Source of the DNA: Nemertoderma westbladi
Taxonomy: Eukaryota > Animalia > Xenacoelomorpha
Length of the DNA stretch: 58,809 nt
Reading direction: 5' to 3'
NCBI GenBank assembly: GCA_032718475.1
Contig: JAUCBJ010005410.1
Coordinates: forward strand, 1-58,809
The stretch's first letter is position 1. Each line of letters opens with the position of its first letter. Below, in pieces: positions 35,148-49,264 of the stretch. Under the pieces are notes generated by a model. That model did no database searches and was not told where the DNA came from. It saw only the letters and a list, made by a program, of their open reading frames with translations. The position numbers were made by a program, and so were the translations under genes.

Positions 35148-35653
35148 GTAAGTTTCTCTCCCAGTATTCCCCCCCCCCCCCCCCCCCCCACCCGACTGCG
35201 GTTAGGGTAGGGTAGGTAGACTAGGCCTATGTTTATTGTAGAGGCTGATGCTGATATGCCTAGCGTATTTTCTAATTTTAAGTTTTGTTTACCGGTAGGC
35301 CTACTAATAAATTTTACCGTAATATTCACTTACTATAAAACTGTAAAAGGGCGATAATGTAAAACTTTTTATCCGATTATCCATTTAGTATCGAATTGAC
35401 AGTCGTTTATTTTATGCAAAATGCATAGACTATATGGGGAGATAACAATACAGTGGGCAGGGAGGGGCACATGCTTTCAATGGTTTAATCATCAAGAATT
35501 TATTTTTTTGGCTATCAACTTCAAATTTAATAATCTAGCACTTGATAAGATTGCAGTGCGATTTTTAATTTTAATATTCTTCATTTTCGAATAAATAAAC
35601 CGTTGTTTAATGTTTATACCGGTACATTACTGCATTATTTCTTCCCGGATCAG

Positions 35654-35699
35654 ACAATAACACGTCCTTCACGTAAACGAAGACGAAAACGTAAACGAA
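35654..35699 (+). CDS. Possible optional 46-nt exon encoding an NLS-like peptide TITRPSRKRRRKRKR
   Basis: cag| acceptor and |gtaagc donor; ends in phase 1; needs a phase-0 upstream donor (35190 or 35196). Confidence 0.4.
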
Positions 35700-36169
35700 G
35701 TAAGCAAGCTCAGCATATACAGCCATACGGGTAATGTTATTTCAACCGATGCCTAGTTGCCCTCTAGCGGGAGACAAGAGAACTGCTGATAGTGCTCCCC
35801 ACAATTTATATTTCAGACTTTTGAGTTTTAACATAGACAAAATGTCTACCAACACTAAGTTTGTTATTCTAAGATTGACTTTAGATATTAGCCTTCAAAC
35901 ATTATGCGACAGACAGACAGACCGTCCGACAGAACAGACAGACAATGGCAGATACAGCGGTACCGGTACGTACCTGTATGCTAAGCACGCTTACTTGGTC
36001 GCATATCGAACACTTTTGCGTGTGGTCTAGTATAGTCGTATGTCTTCGGATGAATTTACTCCCCAACTCAGTAGAGGTGCTGCAGAGATATAATTACCGG
36101 TAATTATGTATTTATCTGATTAATTATAAATATTTCCGTTGATTATTAACACTTATTACTTTTCCTTAG

Positions 36170-36329
36170 ACATGCCCCCCTCCTCCCATTATCCCCCCAG
36201 CCACCATCCCCCACCAACGTACAACCAATCCAACCGACCAGCCACCGTATCCACCCCCTTTCGCTACCGACACAACCCGATCGGACTATCACGCCTCACT
36301 ACCTCCAGTCGTGGCTTCCCCAGATCGAG
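36170..36329 (+). CDS. Constant exon 2 (Pro/Ser-rich)
   Basis: ttttccttag|AC acceptor (phase 1), GAG|gtaatt donor (phase 2), open frame. Confidence 0.7.
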
Positions 36330-36930
36330 GTAATTTATTTAGTTGGACACTACTACGGCAAAATTCTGCCGTAATTTTATTACTTTTTTTCTGGCATAAT
36401 TTATGGACTTCCATAAATTAGTCATACTCTGATTGGTTTGTAGATGGTCTCATAGTCAGCTTATTTTCCAGTTGACCACCTATGCTGTACAGGTACATCA
36501 GATGATACTCAACAAACTGCAATACTGTACTACCTACCTGTACTTACTGCTACGGTCCTGTAACAAAAAGGTTTCAATTTTAACTATCAACCAATCAAAC
36601 TGATTTCGTAATGGCAGAATTCTGTCACATTAGACAGGTCTTTATTTTTTATACTGTCATAGATTTGGATTTGGTTTTACTTAATATAACTTTAGAATTA
36701 GATCATATTATAAAAAATGAAAATTTTTTTAAACATTATTTGAACTGTTAACCCCACCCCCCCCCCGTATCTCCCACCGCTCTACAAATTTAGTTGATAA
36801 TAAATTATGGAGCCCATCTTTCTAATCAACGAGCTACGGATTCGTTTAGTTTGTTAATTCGTACCTGTACCTATCCGATCTCGGTTGATCATTCTATTTT
36901 TACTCATTTATATAATATTTACTTCGACAG

Positions 36931-37550
36931 GTATTTCAACCGCAGGGTGGCTCCGACACCCAAACCATTCCCGGAACCCATTGTCTCCGCCCCTTTCCAC
37001 CCCCTCCGACCCGAGCTTCCGCCCACGCGGACGGACAGAACGATGTCCGACAATCTCTCACATTCGGTATTCATCCCAAACAACCCCCCTCCCCTCAACC
37101 CACAGACCCCGCTGTACCCCCAATCTACCACGCAGCTCCCACAGACCTCCAATTACAACCTGGTACCGGTGCCGATACAAATCAACACCTCGCAACCGCC
37201 GCTCGTCTCCACCGCCCAGACAGAAGTCATTCAACACTCCCCCCCAAAGTGTTCACCCCAGTCAGCAGTCACCGTAACTAATTCTATTCCTAAAACCCAA
37301 CCCACTATAGACTCAGTCGCAGTTAAAACTGAAACTAACGATATGGACTTTAGTTTATCCTGTATGAACAACGACAGTCACACTGGCCAATCAGATTCAC
37401 TGTCTGCGTTAGAGTTTGTTGCCATGGCTGCGTCTAGTTCCCAGCTGTTCGGGTCCGACCCCCCAGGGGCGGAGGACGCAGCGTACGACGGCACCCCCAA
37501 TGTGTGCAATCCTATGATAACGTCTGTGCCGTCCGGGCCAGGTGAACCAG
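36931..37550 (+). CDS. Constant exon 3 (Pro/Gln/Ser/Thr-rich, contains VKTE SUMO-consensus)
   Basis: gacag|G acceptor (phase 2), CCAG|gtgagt donor (phase 1); lies within the 254-aa ORF. Confidence 0.75.
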
Positions 37551-37564
37551 GTGAGTAAGGGATG

Positions 37565-40035
37565 TGTGGCGTAGTTTGAGGTGTAGTCTGTTTGTGGCGT
37601 AGTCTGTTTGTGGCGTAGTCTGTTTGTGGCGTAGTCTGTGTGTGGCGTAGTCTGTTTGTGGCGTAGTCCGTTTGTGGCGTAGTCTGTTTGTGGCGTAGGC
37701 CTGGTCTGTGTGTGGTGTAGTCTGTTTGTGGCGTAGTCTGTTTGTGGCGTAGTCTGTTTGTTGCGTAGTCTGTTTGTGGCGTAGTCTGTGTGTGGCGTAG
37801 TCTGTTTGTGGCGTAGTCCGTTTGTGGCGTAGTCTGTTTGTGGCGTAGGCCTGGTCTGTGTGTGGTGTAGTCTGTTTGTGGCGTAGTCTGTTTGTGGCGT
37901 AGTCTGTTTGTTGCGTAGTCTGTTTGTGGCGTAGTCTGTGTGTAGCGTAGAATGTTTGTAGCGTAGGCCTAGTCTGTGTGTGGCGTAGTCTGTTTGTGGC
38001 GTAGTCTGTTTGTGGCGTAGTCTGTTTGTGGCATAATCTGTTTGTGGCGTATGCCTAGTCTGTGTGTGGCGTAGGCCTAGTCTGTGTGTGGCGTAGGCCT
38101 AGTCTGTGCGTGGCGTAGGCCTAGTCTGTGTGTGGCGTAGGCCTAGTCTGTGTGTGGCGTAGTCTGTTTGTGGCGTAGTCTGTTTGTGGCGTAGTCTGTG
38201 TGTATCGTAGTCTTTTGTGGCGTAGTGTGTGTGGCGTAGTCTGTTTGTGGCGTAGTCTGTTTGTGGCGTAGTCTGTGTGTAGCGTAGGCCTAGTCTGTGT
38301 GTGGAGTAGGCCTAGTCTGTGTGTGGCGTAGGCCTTGTCTGTGTGTGGCGTAGTCTGTTTGTGGCGTAGTATGTGTGTGTCGTAGTCTTTTGTGGCGTAG
38401 TGTGTTTGGCGTAGTCTGTTTTTGGCGTCGTCTGTTTGTGGCGTAGTCTGTTTGTGGCGTAGTCTGTGTGTGGCGTAGTCTGTGTGTGGCGTAGTCGGTT
38501 GTGGCGTAGTCTGTGTGTGGTGTGGTCTGTTTGTGGTGTAGTCTGTTTATGGCGTAGGCGTAGTCTGTGTGTGGAGTAGTCTGTTTGTTGCGTAGTCTGT
38601 TTGTGGCGTAGTCTGTTTGTGGCGTAGGCCTAGTCTGTGTGTGGCGTAGGCCTAGTCTGTGTGTGGCGTAGGCCTTGTCTGTGTGTGGCGTAATCTGTTT
38701 GTGGCGTAGTATGTGTGTGTCGTAGTCTTTTGTGGCGTAGTGTGTTTGGCGTAGTCTGTTGTTGGCGTCGTCTGTTTGTGGCGTAGTCTGTGTGTGGCGT
38801 AGTCTGTGTGTGGCGTAGTCGGTTGTGGCGTAGTCTGTGTGTGGTGTGGTCTGTTTGTGGCGTAGTCTGTTTATGGCGTAGGCCTAGTCTACTAGTACTA
38901 GGATCGGCATGCTGCATTGCAGCTGCATTTTTAAGAATGCTGTGCCGGCTTGTCAACATAATTGCACCGCCACAACTCCCTATCACCCATGACATTTGCT
39001 AGATCATCCACATCTTTAAGGCCAGTGTCCTTTAAGATGCGTCTCAAGAAAGTCATGGGCTGTCCACCATGCTTATTCACTCCATGAGGCTGCCAAAGTA
39101 CAAGATTATGCACTGGCTGGTCCTCACGGCGAAAGCAATGTCCTGCAAAGCGGAGGCGATTTTGTTCTAGTGTCAAGCTTGGGGGAACCAATGAGACACC
39201 TCCAATGTTATATAGTGTCTGGTTGGAGATGTGTGCATTGTACTTGACACAATGAACCTGGCGTAGCATTCTTGTGAATGTGCCATCCAGAGATTTGGTG
39301 TCCTCAGCAGTTAGAGCCCAGCATGGACTCCCGTAGAGGAGTACTGGAACTACTGCTGCTCTAAATAAGCGGACTTTAAGTTTCCGATTAATTCTCGGTG
39401 ACTTCCAAATCCTGGAAAGCCTATTCAAGGCTGCCCATGCCTTTCCCTTACGTATTCGAAGGTCCTCACCTGACTTCCGGATCCATGATCCCAGGTAACA
39501 GAAGTCGTCCACATGCTCAAGCATACCATCCTTTGAGCTTAGGCCTAGTCAGTATGTGGCGTAGTCTGTTTGTGACGTAGTCTGTTTGTGGCGTAGTCTG
39601 TGTGTGGCGTGGTCTGTTTGTGGCGTAGTCTGTGTGTGGCGTAGTCGGTTGTGGCGTAGTCTGTGTGTGGTGTGGTCTGTTTGTGGTGTAGTCTGTTTGT
39701 GGCGTAGGCCTAGTCTGTTTGTGGCCTAATCTGTTTGTGGCCTAGTCTGTTTGTGGCGTAGTCTGTGTGTGGCGCGGTCTGTTTGTGGCGTAGTCTGTGT
39801 TTGGCCTAATCTGTTTGTGGCGTAGTCTGTTTGTGGCCTAGTCTGTTTGTGGCCTAATCTGTTTGTGGCGTAGTCTGTTTGTGGCCTAGTCTGTTTGTGG
39901 CGTAGTCTGTGTGTGGCGCGGTCTGTTTGTGGCGTAGTCTGTGTTTGGCGTAGTCTATTTGTGGCGTAGGCCTAGTCTGTTTGTGGCCTAGTCTGTTTGT
40001 GGCGTAATCTGTTTGTGGCGTAGTCTGTTTGTGAC
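37565..40035. repeat. Intronic 16-bp minisatellite (gtctgtttgtggcgta)n interrupted by a LINE fragment
   Basis: Direct tandem repetition with occasional taggccta-containing variants. Confidence 0.95.
38890..39539 (-). mobile_element. 5'-truncated non-LTR retrotransposon (RTE-like ORF2 C-terminus)
   Basis: VDDFCYLGS, RKGKAWAALNRLSRIW, LFRAAVVPVLLYGSPCW and RLRFAGH are typical RT thumb/C-terminal LINE motifs; flanked by taggcctagtc at 38879-38889 and 39540-39550. Confidence 0.85.
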
Positions 40036-40719
40036 GTGTTTTGCGTTGTATAGTCGGGTGTTTCCTTCTGTCTGACGTTGATTCCACATATCTGATGTAT
40101 CTCCTGGTATCTTTGGTTGCAAAAATATTGCTATTCCAAAAATCTTTAGCTTTTTTTACTTAATCTTGTTCTAATCCTATTTTATTGCCGGCATGTCCGA
40201 GTTTAATAAATATCGCCTTTCATAGCAGGTTAAACTCAAAATTTTGAAATCCAATTATAGAAATGTTGGCCTACTACATTACCGGTACTAATAAATAGAG
40301 AGCTATTAGTATTACCTTTTACCTATTACCTTTTTATAATCATGTTTGTTTGAGCCTAGTTCAGTTTCATAATTTAATATGCGTAGCAAATGGTGTAATA
40401 ACATTTTAAGTTCTGCGCTAGGTCTGTAATATATGACCTTCATTTAGTGTAGATAAGATAATATTGAATATAAGTCATTGATTGCTATTTTAATGTAGGC
40501 TTCAAACGTTCAACCAAAGAGCTAATAATACAATAAAAAAATATTATAATTTGGTGAATATTTTACTGGCACTGGCTTACCTCCTGATGAAATGTGTCCG
40601 TCCACCACCGCATTGGGCGCACCTGTCAATCACTACGTCATCACCTACCCAAATTAATTAAATTTACTTTATTAGCTTTTTGGCTTGTTTTTTATTGGCT
40701 CTTTGGTTGTCTGTTTCAG

Positions 40720-40916
40720 GATCCTATTTGGTCCGTCGTCGGTCGGTTTCTATAACAACGCCGGACGGCAGCAGGTTTCCTTGTCCGAGACAGCTGTGTT
40801 TCGGACAACTTAAATTTACGACCCGGAAAAATGTAGATGGGATTCACTACGAAACATTGCGCTGCCATAGATGTGGCACATATAGGTGGGTTCTGGATTT
40901 ATTTTTCGTATTCTAG
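40720..40916 (+). CDS. Alternative terminal exon V1: Cys4 zinc-ribbon-like (CPRQLC...CHRC)
   Basis: ctgtttcag|GA acceptor is phase 1, matching the exon 3 donor; open to TAG. Confidence 0.55.
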
Positions 40917-41835
40917 AACGGGTATGTTTGTCAATGTGTTTGAAGTAGGCCTATTTGTGGTAGCGCAGTTCTAGAGTGGTGCCGCAGTGTTCTAGAACGG
41001 AAGTGTTTTGTCTGCCGTACGATTTGATTTGGTTTTTGTTGTGTTATATTATTTGTGTTCAGTATTTTACAACTTTTGAAGGATTTAGGATTAATTAACG
41101 TTTCACTTTTTCTTAGTGGATACCGGTACACATTGTATAACAGTTGTTTACCCTTTGGGGGGATTCCGCTTGTCCGCCGTCAGTATTAATTTTGTAGCCG
41201 TAAAATTTTACGAAATTTCGGATGGATTTTGTGGAAACTGTCACGTAAAACATTGTTAAACACTGAATGAAGTTCACACTCTCTTTGGCAATTTAAGTAA
41301 CTTCGATTCGATGGTGAGGGTGAGGCTTCAACATTTTATAATGTTGATTATTTTCAAAATGATAACAAAATAGGAAACTATTTTCCTGTCCTCATCCTTC
41401 TCATTTCAATCGATTGTCCCAAAAAAAATAATCAGCGATAAATCCGCATAACGAATTAATTGAAATAAAAAAGAAATCATAACTGTTATGATGTTGTAAT
41501 TGTTGTAAAAATACCTGCCAAATGGATTATGGAGATAGTTTTCACTTTCAGACATTTAGCCCTCTAGCAGCAGACTGGGGACCTCCAGAGTGCAGACGGC
41601 TCTCTGCAGGCTGCAGTAGTAGATACCTCACAAATGTCAGCTCAAGAGGATAATGAACAAATGGGCTGACCAATATTGGAACTCATTATGTCCGCTGATT
41701 TTGTATTTTTTTGTACGTTTTCTGTCCGTTGATATTTTAGGTTCCATGCTACCGGCATCTCTACTGCTGTTCTCTTAGGCATCAGTATCAGTACCGGTAT
41801 CAGTATAGAGCAGTTTATTAAAACCGATAAAATCG

Positions 41836-42056
41836 CCCATGTGAAGAATACCAGGATTTCACTTTTCGGTCGACTTTTTATTGGAATTTTATATATGAAG
41901 ATTTTTTATTTTTTTTAATTTATCTTTATTAAGTGTTTTATAGCGCTTATTTCTGTATTATAACCTGTACATATACTAATTCGTTTATTGTTTTGGTTAG
42001 ATTCGGCCCTTCTGTAACCTGTGGTTTTGGTGAAAACCTGGTATTCTTCACATGGG
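41836..42056. mobile_element. MITE with ~20-bp TIR CCCATGTGAAGAATACCAGG, followed by tandem TIR-containing 63-bp units to ~42250
   Basis: Perfect inverted ends; further copies at 44636-44845 (tandem units to ~45020), 46900-47048 and ~49138-49260. Confidence 0.6.
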
Positions 42057-43811
42057 GGTAACTGCAAAGTGAAATATAACGGCAGAAAGTCTGATATTCT
42101 TCACATGGGCCGTATATTGTACTGGGGGGTAACTGCAAAGTGAAATATAACGGCAGAAAGTCTGGTATTCTTCACATGGGCCGTATATTGTACTGGGGGG
42201 TAACTGCAAAGTGAAATATAACGGCATAAAGTCTGGTATTCTTCGCCCATGTAAAGAATACCAGGATTTCACTTTTCGGTCGATTTTTTATTGGTCGATA
42301 TTTTTTATTAAATTTATCTTTATTACTGTAAGTGTTTTATGCGCATGCGCGATATCCGTTATTTTTTGAGGGGGATGATCTATTGATCAGTCGGTCGGAC
42401 GGTTAGTAAGAAGGTGACGGGTGTAACTGTGTAAACAAGCCGCCGCGGTAACATATTCTCCTTTCCCTCAATTGGTAGGTGTTTTTTTAGTGTTTTTTTT
42501 GTGTTTTTTTAGTGTTTTTTAACGAAATTGCACCCTCCGTATAGCGGCCATTCTTCACATTAGTCGTACCGGTATTTTTATTTTCTATAAAGCTTCACTG
42601 ATAAAACAAAACTGCGGTTTTGAAAATAAATTAACGGTGTTTGCAATTTTAACCGCCAGTTGTTGGGAATTAAAACTAGAGTTTTTTTTAAAAACCATAT
42701 AGTTTCATTATCGCCATCTTGCACCAGGATCCGTTGCACAAGGATTCGAAATATGTAACAATGTTTGAATTTAATTGAGAAACATCTATAATATATACCT
42801 TTCTTTCTAGACCCTCATTTAGGGCCCTTCAAATATTATACAATTGATTGGTTGTATATATAAACTAAAAATTCACTGTATAATGTGGCGGCTTTTATAG
42901 CAATTTAATTAAGATGTTATTGTAAGCCAGCAGTATATCAGTGAAATTTACGTAAAACTATAATAATGATGCTAAATTTTATACTAAGGCTAGATTAGTT
43001 ATAATAATTAGACTTTTCGTAAGTTTGTAGATCTCGTAAAAAAGTGATCTGGGCAAGTCTTACTGTTAAATATATCTGCACCATTTCCAATTTTATACAT
43101 AATGATAATATATATATATATTTTATATCACACGTTGCCCATTTTGCACAAATTTGGACTTGGTCTGGTCAAGTTATAAATGATTTAAAAATAAATAAAT
43201 TATATACTATGAAATTACACGGCATAGGGACTGTAATGCAGTTGGGCCTTCTTGAATTTTCAGCAGCCACAGTGCTGTAGTACCCGTACTAATTCGGTAC
43301 CTTACAGTGTCTAGTAGTTTAGCTCTTCTAATGGAAGTAATTAGTAATGTGACTGGCATTATTATCCCTGTAAAATTATAATTTATTCGTTCAGTGATAG
43401 GTGAACCTGTCAAACACGTAACACATGAGACAACCCAAAAGTCTCCACACTCTCTTGGCAGTTACCTATAAGGCAGGGAGGGCGCCACACTAACTCCCAA
43501 GTTTTAACACTCCATAACGACCCAACTCTTTATGCACTCGCCCAGCAGAACCCATGTTCCTATTGTATCGCTGGGTTTTACTGTACACTTGAGTGTCTGG
43601 CATATAAAAATGTGTTGGCAAGGTGTGTTTTCCGAGGTGTTTTTTTCGAGGTGTCTAGAGGTTAAGACCCCTAGATCCCTTCCTATAAATTGTCTATAAA
43701 GGGACACAACAGTGCGAAATTTTGAATAGAGTTGGTTCGTAGATAGTATGTAGGCCTAAATATCTCATCCAGAACCTTTTTGAGTAATTTGAGTAATTTT
43801 CTCAATTTTAG

Positions 43812-43959
43812 ATCAACAAAGACCGTCGGGGAGTGGAGGTTTGCCTCGGAATGATGACGCCTCTAGCGGCTCCGGGTTGAATCAATCATTCGATTCATTC
43901 GGTGTACCCGGTAGTTCCGCTGGTGACTTTAACCTCGCGTCCGACGGAGACACTCAGGG
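43812..43959 (+). CDS. Constant exon 4 (Gly/Ser/Asp-rich linker; shared donor for downstream variable exons)
   Basis: attttag|AT acceptor (phase 1), open frame DQQRPSGSGGLP...DGDTQG, donor GG|gtgagt (phase 2); too short for the ORF track. Confidence 0.7.
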
Positions 43960-44635
43960 GTGAGTCTATATACCGGTCCGTAGGGCAGCACTCTTGGAGT
44001 TCACTTGGCCAAAACCGAAAGCTGCAATCCCCTATGACATAATTCTTACGCATTTGTACTAGTTTTTAAAGCACCGTTCACACAGTATCGAAGCTAGCTA
44101 GCTTCAATATGTCAGCGTGAAGCAAGCATCACTTCGTTACCATTATTCATTCACGCTTCCTTCTTATGCCAGCTGGAAGCTAACTTAACACCGTTCGGAC
44201 TGCTTTCCAAAGCTAGCTTGAAATACTGATACCCCGCTCACAGGTTCGCAGCAAACTTCGCCCGCGTCCAATCTTCGCCCGGAGCAATCTTCGCCCTCAA
44301 AATGAGCAACTATCGCCCGGCGGATACCTCCGCCCGCAGGCAACCTTCGCCCAATAAACAATTATTGTTTTGGTTAGAAAAAGCCGCTTCTGTAACGTGC
44401 TCCTTTCTCTCAATTAGTAACAACATCTTTTATTGTTTTGGTTAGAAAAAGCCGTCTATGTTACCTGCTCCTTTCTCTCAATTAGTAACAACATCGTTTA
44501 TTGTTTTGGTTAGAAAAAGCCGTCTATGCAACCTGCTCCTTTCCCTCAGTTGGTAACTAAAATGGTTACTAACACAAATCTTATTGGGCGAAGGTTGCTC
44601 GCTGGTGAAGATTGCCTTCCGGGGGAAGGTTTTCA

Positions 44636-45020
44636 CCCATGTGAAGAATACCAGGATTTCACTTTTCGGTCGACTTTTTATATATGAATTATGCATTTTA
44701 TATATGAAGACTTTTTTTTAAGTGTTTTATAGCGCTTATTTCTGTCTTATAACCTGTACATATACTAATTCGTTTATTGTTTTGGTTAGATTCAGCCCTT
44801 CTGTAACCTGTATTTTTGGCGAAAACCTGATATTCTTCACATGGGGGTAACTGCAAAGTCAAATATAACGGCAGAAATTCTGGTATTCTTCACATGGGGG
44901 TAACTGCAAAGTGAAATATAACGGCAGAAATTCTGGTATTCTTCACATGGGGGGGGGGGGGGGGGGGGTAACTGCAAAGTGAAATATAACGGCAGAAATT
45001 CTGGTATTCTTCACATGGGC
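44636..45020. mobile_element. Second copy of the CCCATGTGAAGAATACCAGG MITE plus tandem units
   Basis: Near-identical to 41836-42250. Confidence 0.6.
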
Positions 45021-46654
45021 CAAGGTTTCCCCCGTGCGAAGGTAAGGTAGGAAGCGGGCGAAGGTTGGACGCGGGCAAAGACGCGCAAAGACGCGGGCAC
45101 CCAACCAATCCGAACTAGTTTGCGCCACGGCGCGCCTTTGTGAACAACAACGACTGTATTGTATAACTTGTATATTGTGTTCTGGGCCACTCAGAGAAGA
45201 CTCGTTACGTGTCCAGATGATCTATTGACGCAAATCTCCATCTCGGCAAGTTAATAGATTGTATCGGTAAATTAACAATGTTAAGGTAAAGGGGCAGGTT
45301 GCAGTGACATGTTGTTCTAACTAAAATAATAAACAAAGAGTCAAAAGCACAGGTATAATTTTGATTGCATTCAGCTGTTAATTGCGTCGATTTTTTAAAC
45401 AGCTTATCGTAATTATTACTTTTAGTACTTATTTCGAGCTTTCAACCTATTTAAGTACAATTATTCAGCCAGTAATCAATGTCGCTATAGGTAAAAATAA
45501 TCAAGTATTATTCTAACCAAAACAATAAACGAGACTCTATAGCACATGTTACAGATTAATTGTATACTAGTAATCATAGCAATTGTAACTAAGGATCTAT
45601 TGTGGCAGGACATTATGTCACAGAACCTACCGACCATAGGACCTATGACGCATTACCTGACATAATTACAGACATAATTAGCTATGGTCATAATGATGTC
45701 CTGCGTGTTTTGATGTCGGTAGAGTAGCACCCCCCACCCCCCCCCCCCCCCCCCCCCCCCAATATAGTTTTCTGACTTCGTAACAGATAGCCGTTGGCTT
45801 GGGTTATGTATCATTTTAAAGCAGCCATTATGTTTATCCATTAGAACTACAAAATATTTCGATAAGTGCGGCGGCGCAGTGACATAACGATGCAGTACTT
45901 CTGATACAGGACATAGTGCCATTTAGACATAATAACTGGGGGGGGGGGGGGGGGGGGGGGGGGGTGGGGGGGGGGGGATGAGTGTGAGCTGAAAAGTCTA
46001 AAACATATTTTATATATATTTCATAAACAGTATATTTTTGCCCAATGAACACCAGATTGGAGAGTCCTTTGGACGCAATCAAATGCATTCCCCTCCAGGA
46101 GAAAATCTACGTAAATAACAGCTGCTTACTCTGAAAATAAAACTGTAACCTGTTCTATTGAATATAGTTTATTGTTTTGATTAGAATAGCATGCGACTAT
46201 GTAAACTGCTCATTTCCCTTCATTGATAATTTAACATTGGGGCGAGATATTATTCACCGCGTAAGAATTTGCATCAACCCCCCCCCCCCCCCCACACACT
46301 GGAATTATCAATCAACTAACCACCGGCTCTGGCCGGAGCTCATATTGTAACCCGAGGAACCTCCGGGCTCCGGCTCCGGATGAAATTTTAGCTCTGTCGC
46401 ATCCCTAGTACCGGGGTAATAAAATATGTGAAACAATAGAAAGTAATTTGGTGAAACTAATTTGATAACACTGTGAAGTGCTATGAGAATATATTTCTAA
46501 CATTATTTGCACAAACACATCCTTAGAAATAGTCTGTAATGTATTCCCCATATCTGTTGTGTTTACAAAATTGATATTATAATTGAATGTTGGACTGTTA
46601 TAGAAAATTCAAAAAATAATGTAAACAGTGTAATAATGTACTGTAATAATTTAC

Positions 46655-48215
46655 ATCAACAGCACCAACAACCCACAGCACCAACAACCCTACAACCCAC
46701 ATCACCTACAGCCCTACAACCCACAGCAACTAAAACCCGCAGCACCTACAACCCACAGTACCTACAACCCACATTAACTACAACCCACAGCACCTACAAC
46801 CCGCAGCACCTACAACCCACAGCACCTACAACCCACAGTACCTACAACCCACATTAACTACAACCCATATTAACTACAACCCACAGCACCCACAGCACCT
46901 GCAGAAATTCTGGTATTCTTCACATGGGGGTAACTGCAAAGTGAAATATAACGGCAGAAATTCTGATATTCTTCACATGGGCCAAGGTTTCCCCCGTGCG
47001 AAGGTAAGGTAGGAAGCGGGCGAAGGTTGGACGCGGGCAAAGACGCGCAACCACAACACCTACAACCCACAGTACCTACAACCCACAGTACCTACAACCC
47101 ACATTAACTACAACCCACATTGACTACAACCCACAGCACCTACAATCCGTAGCACCTACAACCCGCAGCACCTACAACCCACAGCACCTACAACCCACAG
47201 TACCTACAACCCACATTAACTACAACCCACAGAACCTACAACCCGCAGCACCTACAACCCACAGCACCTACAACCCACAGTACCTACAACCCACAGTACC
47301 TACAACCCACAGTACCTACAACCCACAGTACCTACAACCCACATTAACTACAACCCACATTGACTACAACCCACAGCACCTACAGCCCTACAACCCACAT
47401 TAACCTCAACCCACAGCACGTACAAGCTACAACCCACATTGACTACAACCCACAGTACCTACAACCCACAGTACCTACAACCCACAGCACCTACAACCCA
47501 CAGTACCTACAACCCACATTAACTACAACCCACATTGACTACAACGCACAGCACCTACAGCCCTACAACCCACATTAACCTCAACCCACAGCACGTACAA
47601 GCTATAACCCACATTGACTACAACCCACAGCACCTACAATCCACAGTAACTCAACACACAACACATACAACCCACATTAACTGCAACCCACAGCACCTAT
47701 AACCCACAGCACCTTCAACCCACATTAACATCAACCTACATTAACTTCAACCCACATTAACTATAACCCACAGCACCTCCAACAACCCACAGCACCTCCA
47801 ACAACCCACAGCACCTCCAACAACCCACAGCACCTCCAACAACCTATAGCACCTCCAACAACCCACAGCACCTGCTACAACCCACATTTAACTACAATTC
47901 AAAACACCTACAACCCACATTATCTACAACCAACAGCACCTACAACCCACAGCACCCATTATAGCCCACAGCACATACAACCCACATTAACTACAACTCA
48001 CAACACCTACAACCCACACCACCTACATTAACTACAACCCACAGCACCTACATCCCACAGCACCTACAACAACCCACAGCACTTACAACCCATAGCACCT
48101 ACATTCCACAGCACCTACATCCCACAGCACCTACAACATACCACAGCACCTACAACATACCACAGCACCTACAACATACCACAGCACCTACAACCCACAT
48201 TAACTACAAACCAAC
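46655..48215. repeat. 16-bp minisatellite (cacagcacctacaacc / cacattaactacaacc)n
   Basis: Tandem repetition; interrupted at ~46900-47048 by a MITE-derived piece; inverted unit remnants at ~48231-48256. Confidence 0.92.
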
Positions 48216-49264
48216 AACGTAACCGATTAGAGGTTGTGGGTGTTCCGTGCTGTGGGTCTTAGAGTTCCACACGTTACACCCCACTTCATAATAGCTTCGC
48301 CATAGCTAACCCGCCATCTCTGTAATAGCCATCGTGTTCTTAATATTATATTTTATGCAAAAATTCGAGGAATTCGCTAGCCTGCCATTTATTTATTTAT
48401 TATCAACTGAACCGAAATGCAATAACCCGTTACTCAACTTAGGTTTGGCCTGCAAGCCATTTGATTGACTGCAGTTTGATATATTGCTTGTTCGTTCTCC
48501 TAGAAAGATCTTGCCTGAGACAAGACTTGATTGGGCCTGTAAGTTAATGAACCTTAAATACCACATGTTGTTAGTAGCTAAGTAACATTAGACCAACCAA
48601 CCTGCATTCTATTGCCTCCATATAACATACCAAAGGCTGACTGCTGATTCAACTATTTAGATTTTGTATGTGATTAGAGACTATCCTTGCAATGCTGTCA
48701 CACTGAGGTGGTCTGTCAAGATTTCACACAAGAATGTTGTGCCTAGGTAGGCCGCATATTGTATATATGGTAACAACTGTCAGTCCAGTTTAGTGAGATT
48801 CCTGGAAGACCACCAACGGCTACAGTTGAATGCAGACCTACTACTCTGTCTGCTGCAATACATCTCAAGGCTGCAAGACCAACCATATCCCTAATAATTA
48901 TTGCCTGGCACATAACAGATATATTTTATACGGTTTGAATGTGAATGATGTCTGTTATGAATTAGTATTAGGTTTGTTATTAAATTTATATACAACATGG
49001 TGCAATATCGATTATTAAATTCGTTAACAACCTGTCAAATGCTTAGGAGGAGTATCCTACCACATTCTAATTCATTTAAGAGTCATAACCAATTCATCGT
49101 AATATTTATAGTAATTAATATGAAGACCGCCAATGCAATGTGAAGAATATCATGTTTTCACTAAAAACCCAGGTTTCAGAAGGGCTGAATCTAACCAAAA
49201 CAATAAACGAATTTGAATTAGTATGTGTACAGTATAAGAAAAATATACGCTTTAAATCACTTAA

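Noticed and set aside
34907-35215. Phosphodiesterase gene
   Set aside because: Only a short remembered resemblance to PDE N-terminal helices; no GAF or catalytic exons are seen in the window.
38630-40087. ORFs in the 16-bp minisatellites (also 46636-47578)
   Set aside because: Low-complexity translations of tandem repeats.
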